DNA from: Candidatus Delongbacteria bacterium
GTDB taxonomy: Bacteria > CAIWAD01
DNA: 64,000 nt
Assembly (NCBI GenBank): GCA_963663545.1
Contig: OY760505.1
Coordinates: 3,584,001 to 3,648,000, forward strand
Direction of reading: 5' to 3'
In this document: positions 9,720 through 20,097 of the stretch, one piece after another
Position numbering within the stretch: position 1 is the stretch's first letter
Layout: each line of letters begins with the position of its first letter
Program-made: the position numbers and the translations under genes
Notes under the pieces: model-generated
Told to the model about the DNA's origin: nothing
Databases searched by the model: none
What the model saw: the letters and a program-made list of their open reading frames with translations, nothing else

Positions 9720-11489
9720 TTGCCGTTATCGGAGTTTTTAATTATGCACGAAGAAAGTTCTGTTCAGCTTACTACCGGAATGTTGTTACGCCGGTTATTA
9801 CTGATAATCGTCGTCTGCCTCGGGTTAGGCTTTTTCGGCGCCAAAACGATTTTCACCTCGGATCAGGCTATTGCCAGCAGTGTTTTTCTGTCGATCATTC
9901 TCGGAACGTTATTTTTTTGGAATTTTCGCCTGGCCATTGCCTTCATTGGTTTGTCGGTATTGATTTTTACTAATTCAATGGATGTCGCCACTTTTGTTCA
10001 ATCTTCGGCCCTGGAAGTGATACTTTTTTTGGTAGGAATGATGATCGTGGTCGGGGCCTTGCGCGATTTGGGGTTTTTTACCTGGATCGTTCAATTGATC
10101 GTTTCGATGCCCGACATTTCCGGACGCAAATTCATTGCCGTCACTGCTGTCGCCTCGGCGTTGATGGCCTGTGCCGTAGATGAAGTGACTTCGATAATTT
10201 TCATCTCGACTTTGGTGTTTCAGGTATGTGATCGGCTCAAACTCAATCCGGTACCCTACATCATGATTTGTGTTCTCTGCACTAATGTCGGCAGCGCTGG
10301 AACGATGATGGGCAATCCGGTGGGAATTTATATTGGCACCAAAGCCGGTCTGACCTTCGGCGATTTCATGATTTATGCTTTCCCGATCATGCTGCTGGCA
10401 CTGCTGGCTACGGTCATGTTGACGATGATCTACTTTCGCAACGATTTGCAGCAATTCGACATCCACCTGAAAGACCGCCTGGCTCGCAATCTGAGCTTGG
10501 TGCCGATGGTGGATGTGCCCTACAAGCAGGGACTCTTCCTGATTGGTATAACTATCACCCTGATTGCCTCGCATCACCAGTTAGAAAAATTATTTCACCT
10601 GGAAAAAAATAGCATTTTGCTGATTGCTCCCTTGATCTGCTCAGGGGTGGTGATGATCGTGCGCCGCAATCGGGCCCGTCACTATGTCGAACGCGAGGTA
10701 GATTGGTGGACGCTGCTGTTTTTCATGCTGTTATTTGCCATTGCCGGGACCTTGCAGCACACTGAAGTCGATAATGTTATGGCTGAACGTTTTGCGGGTG
10801 TCTGTGGCGCTAGTCTCTATGTATTAGTGCCGTTTATTCTGGTTATCACTTCTATTGGCTCGGCCTTTGTTGACAATGTTATTTTTGTTGCTGCCTTTTG
10901 TCCGGTAATCGAAGAAATGGCCCGCAATATTAAAGATTTACCGCTATGGTGGGCGTTATTGTTCGGGGCCTGTTTCGGCGGTAATATTACTATGATCGGC
11001 AGCACGGCCAATATTGTCGCGATCGGCATGTTAGAAAAAAAATCGCATATCCAGGTTACTTTTTTCCAATGGTTGAAAGTCGGAGTGCTTTCAGCGCTAC
11101 TGGCTTGTGGCATTGCCTGGGGAGCATTGCTGGTGTTGACACCGCTGATGCCGGATCGCTATGCTCGTGTAACTTTGGCTGATTTCCAAGAAGAGCGATC
11201 CCGGATTTTCGATAACAAAAATGTAATCATCGCCGCGCCTCATCTGCATCTGCTGACCACAGCGGCAAAAGATTCGCCGTACACTTTTTATATGCTTACC
11301 AAAACTCCGAAATTGGAGCGAGCCAAGGTATCGCTATGGGTCCGGGTTCCCAAAGGATCACAAGCCGAAGTCAGAATCAATCAACATCACAATGGCCCTC
11401 TGTATCTGAAAGGCAAAGCCCAAAGCCGGGCACAAAAGCCGGCAATGATCACCGTCGAATCAGTGTGGAGCGAATTACCCAAACATTAA
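9720..11489 (+). CDS. ArsB/NhaD (ion transporter superfamily) permease
   Basis: TNVGSAGTMMGNP, SAFVDNV, GGNITMIGSTAN; many TM helices. Confidence 0.88.
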   Translation: MPLSEFLIMHEESSVQLTTGMLLRRLLLIIVVCLGLGFFGAKTIFTSDQAIASSVFLSIILGTLFFWNFRLAIAFIGLSVLIFTNSMDVATFVQSSALEVILFLVGMMIVVGALRDLGFFTWIVQLIVSMPDISGRKFIAVTAVASALMACAVDEVTSIIFISTLVFQVCDRLKLNPVPYIMICVLCTNVGSAGTMMGNPVGIYIGTKAGLTFGDFMIYAFPIMLLALLATVMLTMIYFRNDLQQFDIHLKDRLARNLSLVPMVDVPYKQGLFLIGITITLIASHHQLEKLFHLEKNSILLIAPLICSGVVMIVRRNRARHYVEREVDWWTLLFFMLLFAIAGTLQHTEVDNVMAERFAGVCGASLYVLVPFILVITSIGSAFVDNVIFVAAFCPVIEEMARNIKDLPLWWALLFGACFGGNITMIGSTANIVAIGMLEKKSHIQVTFFQWLKVGVLSALLACGIAWGALLVLTPLMPDRYARVTLADFQEERSRIFDNKNVIIAAPHLHLLTTAAKDSPYTFYMLTKTPKLERAKVSLWVRVPKGSQAEVRINQHHNGPLYLKGKAQSRAQKPAMITVESVWSELPKH

Positions 11490-11622
11490 TTAATTATAAT
11501 TTTGAAATTTCACTCGGTCAAGTTGAAAATATTTTTTTTCTTGTTTTGCTTGGGAAATAAGTTTTTTTAGTGTAAAATCTCAGATAAGAGTCGGTTGGTA
11601 CAAAAATTAGGAGATAAGCATA

Positions 11623-12003
11623 ATGCCTTTTGGCGATAAACTGAGGGAACTGAGAAGACGAAAAAAATGGTCCCAGGATGAACTGGGCAGCAAGGTGGGG
11701 ATTCATGGCCGACATATAGGCAAATATGAAAATGGCCAGGTAATGCCCAATGCGGAAACTCTAATCAAAATTGCAAAAGTTTTCGAGGTCTCAGTAGATT
11801 ATCTTCTGTTTGACTCTCCATCTCAAACACCCCAAGAAAGTTACGACAAAGAACTTTTAGAATATCTGGCAGAAATAAACAAAATGGACGAGCAAGATAA
11901 GCTGGTGATCAAGTCCTTGATTGAAGCGTATGTAAAAAAGAGAAAAGTTGAGGAGATTATTACAGGGTTATCAGCAGTTGAAAAAATTTGTAGAACTAAA
12001 TAG
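11623..12003 (+). CDS. XRE-family HTH regulator
   Basis: LRELRRRKKWSQDEL...YENG..MP...VSVDYLL. Confidence 0.9.
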   Translation: MPFGDKLRELRRRKKWSQDELGSKVGIHGRHIGKYENGQVMPNAETLIKIAKVFEVSVDYLLFDSPSQTPQESYDKELLEYLAEINKMDEQDKLVIKSLIEAYVKKRKVEEIITGLSAVEKICRTK

Positions 12004-12253
12004 AAACAGATCGATGCAATTTAGTTATAATTGACAACGTTAATTTGAAAATTTATAATAATCTGTCTTGTCCATGAAGAAACTTTACTCGATGAAATAG
12101 GCGTTAGAACTTGTAGGGCTTTATGTTCAGTATAGTTATAGAATGCGAGGAAGGCCGTATAAAACTGTTTTGGCGATGGCTTGCTATCATTTGGGCAACT
12201 CATTTTTGTCGATTATCGGCTCGTGACTTTTTTTGTTCTCGCTCAAAATCCTT

Positions 12254-12372
12254 TATTCCATGGGCTTCTTCAGGTGGCTGGCACCATTCACATTTTCACC
12301 ATGATGCATTCAATATTCCATGGGCTTCTTCAGGTGGCTGCACCATTCACATTTTCACCATGATGCATTCAA
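12254..12372. repeat. Tandem 60/59-bp direct repeat
   Basis: tattccatgggcttcttcaggtggctg(g)caccattcacattttcaccatgatgcattcaa twice. Confidence 0.95.
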
Positions 12373-12400
12373 GATCAGATTCTAGATTTCCATAAGATGT

Positions 12401-12742
12401 ATGTCTTGGGGACAAAATATTAAAAAATTGAGAAAAAAAAGAGGCTTGACTCAGACAAAACTTGCTAAAGCAGCCGAAATTACTCATAGCACCATTTCCC
12501 GGTTGGAAAGAGGTCATATCAAAGAAATAAATTCAGAAGCACTCATGAAGATGGCCAGAGCGCTTGGAATAACCACGGATTATCTATTGGGCAATACCGA
12601 AGAATTGAGGCCCCAGGAAATTGTTTTGCGCGATCCGGATGCAGAATATATTGTCAATCAGTATGCCAAACTTTCGGCGGCAAGAAGAAGACAACTCAAA
12701 GAATTCGCTGATTTCCTGGTAAGAGAAGACCGGTCATCATGA
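12401..12742 (+). CDS. XRE-family HTH regulator
   Basis: IKKLRKKRGLTQTKLA...TISRLERG...ITTDYLLG. Confidence 0.9.
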   Translation: MSWGQNIKKLRKKRGLTQTKLAKAAEITHSTISRLERGHIKEINSEALMKMARALGITTDYLLGNTEELRPQEIVLRDPDAEYIVNQYAKLSAARRRQLKEFADFLVREDRSS

Positions 12743-12905
12743 ACTGGGATGGGGAGTGGCTTCGCTCAACTACAACCTCGACGATTTGCTGCGTAAAGCG
12801 GTCCGGGAGTGATTGGTTTGGCGGCAGCCCGGCGACGCGCTGTCAATCACCCGCTGTGCCTATGCCGGTGCAATAGCCAGTGGTTAGATCGACAAGGAAT
12901 CGGGC

Positions 12906-13961
12906 TCAACCGTAGAGCCGAATTACCTGCTTGATCTGTGCCTTGAGAATAGCGTTTAGCAGGTCCTCGAGCTTGGTGTCGGTGCGAAAGCGGATCAAGG
13001 TGTAGTGGCGGGAGATGTAATTTTCCCGCTCCTCTTCCTCGGCCAGGTCATATCCGTCATGGCTCTCGTCTAGCTCGAGACATAAAAGCAAATCCCTCAC
13101 CACATAGTCTACTTTGTAGCGGCCTACCGGGTAATTGTACCGTAAATCGAAACCGGCGAAAACCTTGCCCAGTACCGAGCGCCACTCCATTTCCTTGCGG
13201 TTTTCGCATTGCACCAGCACCGAGGCATCGCCGAGCAGGCGTCGCTTGAGTTCCACGCCGACCTCGCTTTGCATCCAGAAAGCGATCTTGAGTACGTCGT
13301 CGATGCGATAGGCGTTCATTCGATTGGCGCGGCTGCCGAGTTTATGTATTTGCTCACGGCTCAAAGCTACCGGCTCGATTTGGTCGCGATGTTTGCGCAA
13401 AAATCCGCTCACCGTACTTTCCGGCACATTGAGAAATCGTGCGATGTCCTTTTTCGTTGCCAGTCGCTCCCCGGCAGAGCATGTAAAACCGAGGTCGTCG
13501 AGCAACTGGATGCCGTCAAACTCCTGCGCTTTTTTCCGTGCTTCCGCGTATGCGCCGCGTAGTACCTCTTCTTCAATCATCTGTAGCCGAATCAGAATTG
13601 CGTATTTCTTTTTGCGGGCTTTAGCTCCGGTAAAATCGACGATGATTCGTTCAGTTTGATGACGGTTGAGAGCGTATATCGTCTGTTGTCTTTTGGCCGA
13701 CTTGCCTGTTGCGATCATATGTACAATTTTGTACATATGATAAGGTAAGTAACCTTCTTCCTGTAGTTTAGCAATATTCCTATTCAACAAATGGTCATGT
13801 CTGAGATTGAAAAACTCGGCAATATCCACACTGAGAAAAAAAGTGCTGTGTAACAGGTTTTCGCAGGTAAGCGAGATTCCTTTTCTTTTCCACATAGTAA
13901 GGCCTTCCAGCGTTTCCCGGTAAGGCTCGAGGACATCGGTGAGTAAAGGTGATTTCGTCAT
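12906..13961 (-). CDS. Rha-like phage regulatory domain fused to a DUF559/Vsr-like endonuclease domain
   Basis: SVDIAEFFNLRHDHLL..DFTGAKA (Rha); YPVGRYKVDY..LELDESH..RENYI..LIRF (DUF559-like). Confidence 0.7.
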   Translation of the reverse strand: MTKSPLLTDVLEPYRETLEGLTMWKRKGISLTCENLLHSTFFLSVDIAEFFNLRHDHLLNRNIAKLQEEGYLPYHMYKIVHMIATGKSAKRQQTIYALNRHQTERIIVDFTGAKARKKKYAILIRLQMIEEEVLRGAYAEARKKAQEFDGIQLLDDLGFTCSAGERLATKKDIARFLNVPESTVSGFLRKHRDQIEPVALSREQIHKLGSRANRMNAYRIDDVLKIAFWMQSEVGVELKRRLLGDASVLVQCENRKEMEWRSVLGKVFAGFDLRYNYPVGRYKVDYVVRDLLLCLELDESHDGYDLAEEEERENYISRHYTLIRFRTDTKLEDLLNAILKAQIKQVIRLYG

Positions 13962-14000
13962 GATGACTCCTGTTGTTAAGCGTGTTTTAGGCAGTACTTT

Positions 14001-15007
14001 CTATGCCCTAATTTTATAGGGTCGAACTAGAAAACTATTTTGTTCCAATTTGGTGAATATCCTCTTGATGTGCCATAAATGCTTGGGTGTCCGGCGGAGT
14101 ATAACTTTTTTCCCCTGGACTTCAGCGATGGTATTTTCAAATAAATCGCGCAAAAGTGTCCTCCGTCGTTTGGATCTGAGACGCTTGGAAATCATAGTTT
14201 CAGCAAAGATTTTGTACATGGTCATTGCAAACATCTTGCTTGCGATCCATAGTTCGTTAGCCTTGAGGCTCTTCTTTCCATTTTTGCAAAAATTGTTTAC
14301 ATTATAGTGATAACGCAATTCCTTGAAGCCGTTTTCTATGACTTGCCGATTCATGTAAAATTTGTAGATAGCCCGTGGAGTCATATCTAGGTCAGTGACA
14401 ATGGCATGGAAATAACGTTTGACTTTCCATTTGCCATTTTTTTTGCGGCGGTGAATACGTCTGCACAAAATTACGTGACGAAAGACTGGGGTTTCATCCT
14501 TATTGGCAACGTTGACTATTCCAAGACTCATGATAGCAATGCCTTGAGTAATATGGATAATCTTGGAAGATTTTTTTCGGGCAAGCTTTTTGAAACGTTT
14601 CTTCGCTTCTTTGATAGCCGTCAAAGTCGTCGTAATCCCTATGGCATAAGTCAGAGAAAGCTTTTCCAGGAAAAGCAGGTTATCTGCTTGGCCATACAAT
14701 GCATCCGCACGTACCGTATCAAAATGGAGCCAGGCACAAGTAACAGAATCTCTCGAAGCGTATCGGCACAAAAGATAGGGAAATTGCCGTTTATCACCGA
14801 TAAACAGCCGGAATATTGCTTCTGAAAATGGGAGATGCACTCAAATCCACCGAGATGAACTACCAGCAACGTCATGATCAGCATCATCGGGACGTTTACC
14901 CTGATAATTGAGCATACGCCTTTGAGATACCAATCTACCCACGGAGAATCCTTCAAAATTTTATAAGAGAATAGAATTATCGGCAAACTTGTGCTACACT
15001 GTTCCAT
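14001..15007 (-). mobile_element. Decayed IS1380-like DDE transposase (internal deletion plus frameshift)
   Basis: VRADALY, IVTDL..IYKFY..R..IENGFKEL, ANE in 14001-14840; N-terminal-like piece in another frame (14651-15007); first catalytic Asp region not seen. Confidence 0.7.
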
Positions 15008-15564
15008 GAGATGGCTTCCAAAAAATCGTTGTTATGGCGTGCGGCTTCGGCCAGTTGTTCAGGAGTGAATGTCAAATCGGGATCGACCACTAGCATCAGA
15101 TAGCCGTGGCCGATTCGTTCCCAGTTAGCGGTGAGGTCGCGGCGAATCCAGGTGGGAGCCCAATTGAGATACACTTGGCCATTTTCGAACTGATAACCGA
15201 GCCGGCGAACTAAGCGATGACCTTGTAACGATCGCAGGTTATTGATCATCACCCGCAACAGATATTTCGAAATCAGATATCCCGCCTTAGCTGGCCGGGA
15301 AGTGGTCAGTTTGGCGATCACCGGTCGGGGAGTCGGCAATTTGAAGTGGACGGTGAATATCCCTTCATCGGTTCCGTGGACCGATGTAACTTCTGGCTGC
15401 TGGAATACCGCGTATTTGCGTAGCGCCGCTCGATGGGACAAAAAAATTCGCCGACAGCGATGGTCCCAACACGCGATAGCCGCGAAGTCGCGATTTTCTC
15501 GCAGTAAATTCAAAAAAACGGCGAATTTAGCCGCAACTGCACGTCGTTGCCGGTCGCTAGCCAT
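14977..15564 (-). CDS. Hypothetical protein, possibly truncated by the IS remnant
   Basis: 195-aa ORF with RBS aaggag, 15 bp after the rSAM stop. Confidence 0.6.
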   Translation of the reverse strand: MASDRQRRAVAAKFAVFLNLLRENRDFAAIACWDHRCRRIFLSHRAALRKYAVFQQPEVTSVHGTDEGIFTVHFKLPTPRPVIAKLTTSRPAKAGYLISKYLLRVMINNLRSLQGHRLVRRLGYQFENGQVYLNWAPTWIRRDLTANWERIGHGYLMLVVDPDLTFTPEQLAEAARHNNDFLEAISWNSVAQVCR

Positions 15565-15579
15565 TTGGACTCCTTCAAA

Positions 15580-16743
15580 TCACAAAAATCGGGCTGATCG
15601 TGGCGAGACGAACCGGATGGGATCGAGTTTACCGGTACCGATATGGAACAGCAGGTAAGGGAGCATCCGGCGATAGTAGTCGCACATCGGATCGGGAGAA
15701 GCGGTCGAGTTATTGGCATAAAACCGTCGCGAGGCGCAACCACCGGCGTTGCACACCCATCGCCATATACAGCAGCGGCATGGGTCGAATTTATCGACCG
15801 TTTCGCCGGCAAATCGGGTGGTGATCGCGCTGGCGGCGACGGCGTCGGCAGCATCTTGATCGAAGACATTGGCGATTTTCAGTGAAGCAATTCCACTAAA
15901 ATCGTCGCAAGGAAAAATATCGCCATTATGAGCGAAGCCCAACAGATTGGTAGCGGCGCCGCACGGCGAGCGCAGACACATATAGCGACGTTCTTCCGAC
16001 AGAATATTCATCATCAAATACTCGATATTTCGCTCGGTAATCCGCAGGCCGCGGTTGCTATCCAGATGGGCGATCAACTCGATCACTTGCTTATTCACTT
16101 CGAGATATTGCCGAGGTGAAAGTCCCTGCCGGCTTTCGCTGCCTCTTCCTCCTAAAATCAACGGATTCAAAGTGAAATTGCGCACCCCTTCTTCGACCAA
16201 AAAATCGATTATCTCGGTAATGTGGGAATAGTTGGCCTGGGTAAGCACAATGATCACTCCGGGATCGAGTCCATGGTCAAGAAGAATACGTAGCCCGCGC
16301 AGGCTATCTTGAAAAGTGGGCAGACCCGTTTGGGCGATGCGCATACGATTGGTCGATTCATTGGCGCCATCGAGACTGATGCCGATGCCGATTCGGTTGG
16401 TGGCGAGATAATCGGCGGTCACGTCACTAACTAGCGAGCCATTGCTTTGTAAACAAAAATCGACCTGGTAGCCGTCGTTATCGGCGCGGCGCTGGACATA
16501 CTCGGTAAAATCTCGGATGAAACTGAAGTTGAGCAGTGGTTCGCCACCATGATACAAGAAACGAATCTTGTCGTTGGCCAATTGCTGCATTAATCGATAC
16601 ACGGCGATGCCGGTGGATAAATCCATATAATCGCGGCTCTCCCCGCCTCGGGCATAGCAATATCGACATGCAAAATTGCAGTCAAATGCGCAAAATAAGT
16701 CAAGGGAATTTGAATTAAGAAGCCTGTGCTTAGGAGCCGGCAA
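15580..16743 (-). CDS. Radical SAM/SPASM protein; 5' end uncertain
   Basis: CNFACRYC, HGGEPLL, ISLDG, YMCLRSPCGA..GDIFPC, CxxCxWxxxCxxGC; only in-frame start (TTG) lies inside the MITE. Confidence 0.88.
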   Translation of the reverse strand: MPAPKHRLLNSNSLDLFCAFDCNFACRYCYARGGESRDYMDLSTGIAVYRLMQQLANDKIRFLYHGGEPLLNFSFIRDFTEYVQRRADNDGYQVDFCLQSNGSLVSDVTADYLATNRIGIGISLDGANESTNRMRIAQTGLPTFQDSLRGLRILLDHGLDPGVIIVLTQANYSHITEIIDFLVEEGVRNFTLNPLILGGRGSESRQGLSPRQYLEVNKQVIELIAHLDSNRGLRITERNIEYLMMNILSEERRYMCLRSPCGAATNLLGFAHNGDIFPCDDFSGIASLKIANVFDQDAADAVAASAITTRFAGETVDKFDPCRCCIWRWVCNAGGCASRRFYANNSTASPDPMCDYYRRMLPYLLFHIGTGKLDPIRFVSPRSARFL

Positions 16744-16888
16744 AAAATAAATTGGTCAGTTGGTTTAGCAATTTTGTTTCCTGGCAAGGAGCGACGAATG
16801 CGCATAGCCTTAGTTCTGTAATTGAGGAGCGACGCAGCCAGGGAGCAAAAGGGCAAACCAAATGGGTAAGTTATTTATTGCCGGCTCC
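16733..16888 (-). mobile_element. MITE family A copy (156 bp)
   Basis: TIR GGAGCCGGCAA(G)AAATAA/TTATTT(C)TTGCCGGCTCC; interior shared with other copies. Confidence 0.9.
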
Positions 16889-16890
16889 TA

Positions 16891-17026
16891 AGCAAATAAT
16901 TTGCTCGACCATCGAATCATCGACCATAGACCATCGACCATCGTTTACGATTACGAATCACGAAAATCGTCCATCGATGTCGCTTCGAGACAAAGAGTTT
17001 TTTGCCTAAATTATGGGATTACCCCC
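16891..17026 (+). repeat. Dispersed repeat family C copy
   Basis: gcaaataatttgctcgaccatcg...aaattatgggattac; recurs at 27741 (reverse) and split at 53601/54875. Confidence 0.85.
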
Positions 17027-17075
17027 CCCAGAGGCATATTTATCATATCGTCATAAATTCGTCAACACAGCCTAA

Positions 17076-19730
17076 TCATTTGTCATCATGCAGCCATACC
17101 ATACCGGTGCTGCCGTCGATAGTGATGCGTTGTCCATCGACGATTATCTGCGAGGCAAAGCGTACTCCTACCACCGCCGGAATCCCCAATTCTCTCGCCA
17201 CTACTGCTCCATGCGATAATACACTGCCGATATCGACGACAATGCCACTGGCAAGACTAAATAGCGGTGTCCAGGCCGGATCGGTAAATCGGGTTACCAG
17301 AATTTCGCCAGCCTGGAAACGGTCGGCCTGACGCAGATCGAGAATGACACGCGCTTTTCCGGTAACCTGGCCGGCGCTGCTTGCCACTCCTCGCAATTGT
17401 TTTGCCTGGGAGTCGACGCGGTCATATATCTTACGTACCACTTTACCTCCCTGCGTATAAACCTCGCGAGCCGGAGTGATTTGCGCCCACAATTGCCATT
17501 GCTTTTCGCGTTGCCCGGCCAGAAGCGCCAAAGATTTCGGGTCAGCTTCGCCGGCCAGTACCGCTTCGATTTCCCGGCGCTCTAAAAAAAATATCTGGCG
17601 CGGGGTTGCCAACCAACCCTTTTCACAGAAAATAGCGCCATAACGCCAGGCAATACGCCGAAATATCTCCAACCCTCTGGTCATGGTAAACTTGATATTC
17701 TCGCGGTAGGGAGCGTAAAAGCGGGCCAAAAGTTGGAGAAGGATAAACTGCCAACGCGAAAATGGAAAAAAACAGCGCCAGCCGCGCGCCAGGTAGGTGG
17801 TTACCCGGTGAATGGTTCGCCGGCGTCCAGCGGCCATTCGCGTCATCGCTAACCTGGGATCAGTGGGCGCTGCCGCCAGTTGTATCTGCAAAAATTTCCA
17901 CAACGAGGTCGGATCGTGCTGCCAGCTCGGACTCAACAATTCGACGAGATTATCTCCCATATGCCCAAAGCGCTGCATAAATTCGGCGAAAGCCAGGCGA
18001 AAACCCTCACTATCTTTCAGTCTAGCCATTGCTGCCGTCATTTGCTCCGGAGGCGTCCGCTGGAGCAATTCGACCAGGTGCGGGTACTTCCTCGCACTCT
18101 GTGCCAGGCGCCATATTCCTTCTTTGAGTTTGGCGTCTTCCAGGGTTCCCAGCCCGGCTAATAACTGCGACGGCGACACTCCGAGTTCTACCGGCAAGGA
18201 ACCCATAAATTCGGACAACGCTCCATAAAACAGCGAATAGGCCGAAGTGCCATCCATGTGCAGCAAAAAACCATCGCTCATCAGCCGCAGACAACGCTGA
18301 TTGAGCGCTGCCAGTTCATTGGCGGCCATGCCGTCAATCGGTAAAGTCTCAAAACGGGCATGGAGGCGATCGAATTTGCGTTGATAGCTTCTGGCTCGGG
18401 AAGACAGGGTCAACAGCGAGGTTAAGATATGACGTCCCGCTTTGAGCAGCGGCCACAGCGTGCGCAGGGTAATTCGAATTTGTAGTGATCCCTGCTGACC
18501 GCCACCAAGTATTTGTTCGACAAATGCAGAAGTATCGACTCCGGGAATAATCTTGGCCATAATTTGTTCGAACGCGGTGACATTGAGGTAGGCATATCCA
18601 TCGAAACAGCATACTAATTGGGGATTCAGATCGCCACCGAATAAATGGCTCACCCGGCGAAATTGCTCTTCGAGCACCGGAAACATCGTGCTGGAACTGT
18701 AAGGACTGACTACTGTAGGGAAGGCTTCCTGAGCATTGTCTGCGGTCCAATGAATTTCCGGCTCTTGCTCGGGAGCAAAGGTGGTGATCGGCCGCGTTTG
18801 CAACAAATAGAGACGGTCTTGCCATAGCGCCCATTCAATATCCTGTGGAGTTTCTTTGCGATTTTCGACCGTTATTCCGAGTTGCAGCAGGCGTTGTACC
18901 TGTTGTCGATCCAGACATTTTTCCATAGCCCGTTGTTGGCTATCATGAGCGGTGATGCCGGAGTGGTCTGCGGCCAGGCAATAATATTTGCTTTTATTAC
19001 CGCAGCGATAGTCACGAATGGCACCGCTCTCCCGATCGACGGTGATCTGGTCGGCTTCGAGGGAGCCGCCGACCACCGATTCTCCCAGCCCCCAGGTAGC
19101 ATTGATCACCATCGCTGTGGGATCATTGCTCAAGGGATCGATGGTAAACAGTACCCCGGAAATATCGGCAGGCACCAACAGTTGCACCACGACCGCCAGG
19201 GCCGCTTCGATTTGGGAAAACCCGGTGCGCTGGCGATAGCAGATCACCCGGGCATTCCATAGCGATGCCCAACATTGACGAATGCATTGCAGTAATCGCG
19301 ATTCGCCAACCACTCCCAAAAATGAATCATGTTGTCCGGCAAACGACGCCGTGGCTGTGTCTTCGGCAATCGCTGAAGAACGAACCGCCAGGGGACGATC
19401 GCGCAACGGCTGGCAATCACGATAGTTGTGGATAACCGCCTGCTCAATGGCATCAGGCAGCGGCGCCTGGAGAATAGACTGTCGAATTGCTTGCGCTGCG
19501 GCCTCGATGCTATCGGGACGGCAATAATCAATTTGTCCAAGTTGCTGCTCCAGAAAATCAGCCAGGCCATTGGCTGCGATAAAATCAGTATAAGCAGTCG
19601 TAGTCAGGCAAAAACCCGGCGGCACCGGCAGGCCACTTTGGGCCATCTCTCCTAACGCCAATCCTTTACCTCCTACTTTTGTCAGATCTTCGGCGCTGAT
19701 CTGTTGTAAATCGACAATTATCTCCGCCAT
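17076..19730 (-). CDS. PEP-utilising phosphotransferase (ATP-grasp, central domain, His swivel; rifampin-phosphotransferase-like architecture)
   Basis: VGGKG, AVRSSAIAED..SFAGQH, QDIEWA..LQTRPIT, TDPAWTPLF..LSHGAVVARELGIPAV. Confidence 0.88.
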   Translation of the reverse strand: MAEIIVDLQQISAEDLTKVGGKGLALGEMAQSGLPVPPGFCLTTTAYTDFIAANGLADFLEQQLGQIDYCRPDSIEAAAQAIRQSILQAPLPDAIEQAVIHNYRDCQPLRDRPLAVRSSAIAEDTATASFAGQHDSFLGVVGESRLLQCIRQCWASLWNARVICYRQRTGFSQIEAALAVVVQLLVPADISGVLFTIDPLSNDPTAMVINATWGLGESVVGGSLEADQITVDRESGAIRDYRCGNKSKYYCLAADHSGITAHDSQQRAMEKCLDRQQVQRLLQLGITVENRKETPQDIEWALWQDRLYLLQTRPITTFAPEQEPEIHWTADNAQEAFPTVVSPYSSSTMFPVLEEQFRRVSHLFGGDLNPQLVCCFDGYAYLNVTAFEQIMAKIIPGVDTSAFVEQILGGGQQGSLQIRITLRTLWPLLKAGRHILTSLLTLSSRARSYQRKFDRLHARFETLPIDGMAANELAALNQRCLRLMSDGFLLHMDGTSAYSLFYGALSEFMGSLPVELGVSPSQLLAGLGTLEDAKLKEGIWRLAQSARKYPHLVELLQRTPPEQMTAAMARLKDSEGFRLAFAEFMQRFGHMGDNLVELLSPSWQHDPTSLWKFLQIQLAAAPTDPRLAMTRMAAGRRRTIHRVTTYLARGWRCFFPFSRWQFILLQLLARFYAPYRENIKFTMTRGLEIFRRIAWRYGAIFCEKGWLATPRQIFFLERREIEAVLAGEADPKSLALLAGQREKQWQLWAQITPAREVYTQGGKVVRKIYDRVDSQAKQLRGVASSAGQVTGKARVILDLRQADRFQAGEILVTRFTDPAWTPLFSLASGIVVDIGSVLSHGAVVARELGIPAVVGVRFASQIIVDGQRITIDGSTGMVWLHDDK

Positions 19731-19928
19731 GATTAGCCTCCATGTGCGCTATTGCTACAACGTAACGCCAGCAATATGCACGCTTTTTCAGATAATAGCA
19801 AAACCTCATTCAGGATACATTTTTTATAACGAATTGTCAACTATATAGTTATGAATCGATTTTTTTATGGCCCTGCTTTTGCTCAAAGCGCGATAAGATG
19901 CGCGTGTCGGCGTTTGGCAACGCGCTAT

Positions 19929-20058
19929 GAAGCCGGAAAGAAATAACTTGATCAGTTGGAGCGACGAATGCGCATAGCCTTAGTTCTGTAATTGAGGCGC
20001 GACGCCGCCAGGGAGCAAAAGGGCAAACCAAATGGGTAAGTTGTTTCTTTCCGGCTCC
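19929..20058 (-). mobile_element. MITE family A copy with internal deletion
   Basis: Same TIRs; TAT on both sides. Confidence 0.85.
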
Positions 20059-20097
20059 TATGGTTAGATAGTGAAGTCTATTGACAAGGAGAAGCTT

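Noticed and set aside
12738..12811. HELGWG..LNYNLDDLLRKAVRE* as an ImmA/IrrE remnant after the XRE gene
   Set aside because: No HExxH motif, no start codon, and too short to support.
17076..19730. Naming this rph or ppsA
   Set aside because: It lacks the PpsA C-terminal barrel, and substrate specificity cannot be read from motifs.
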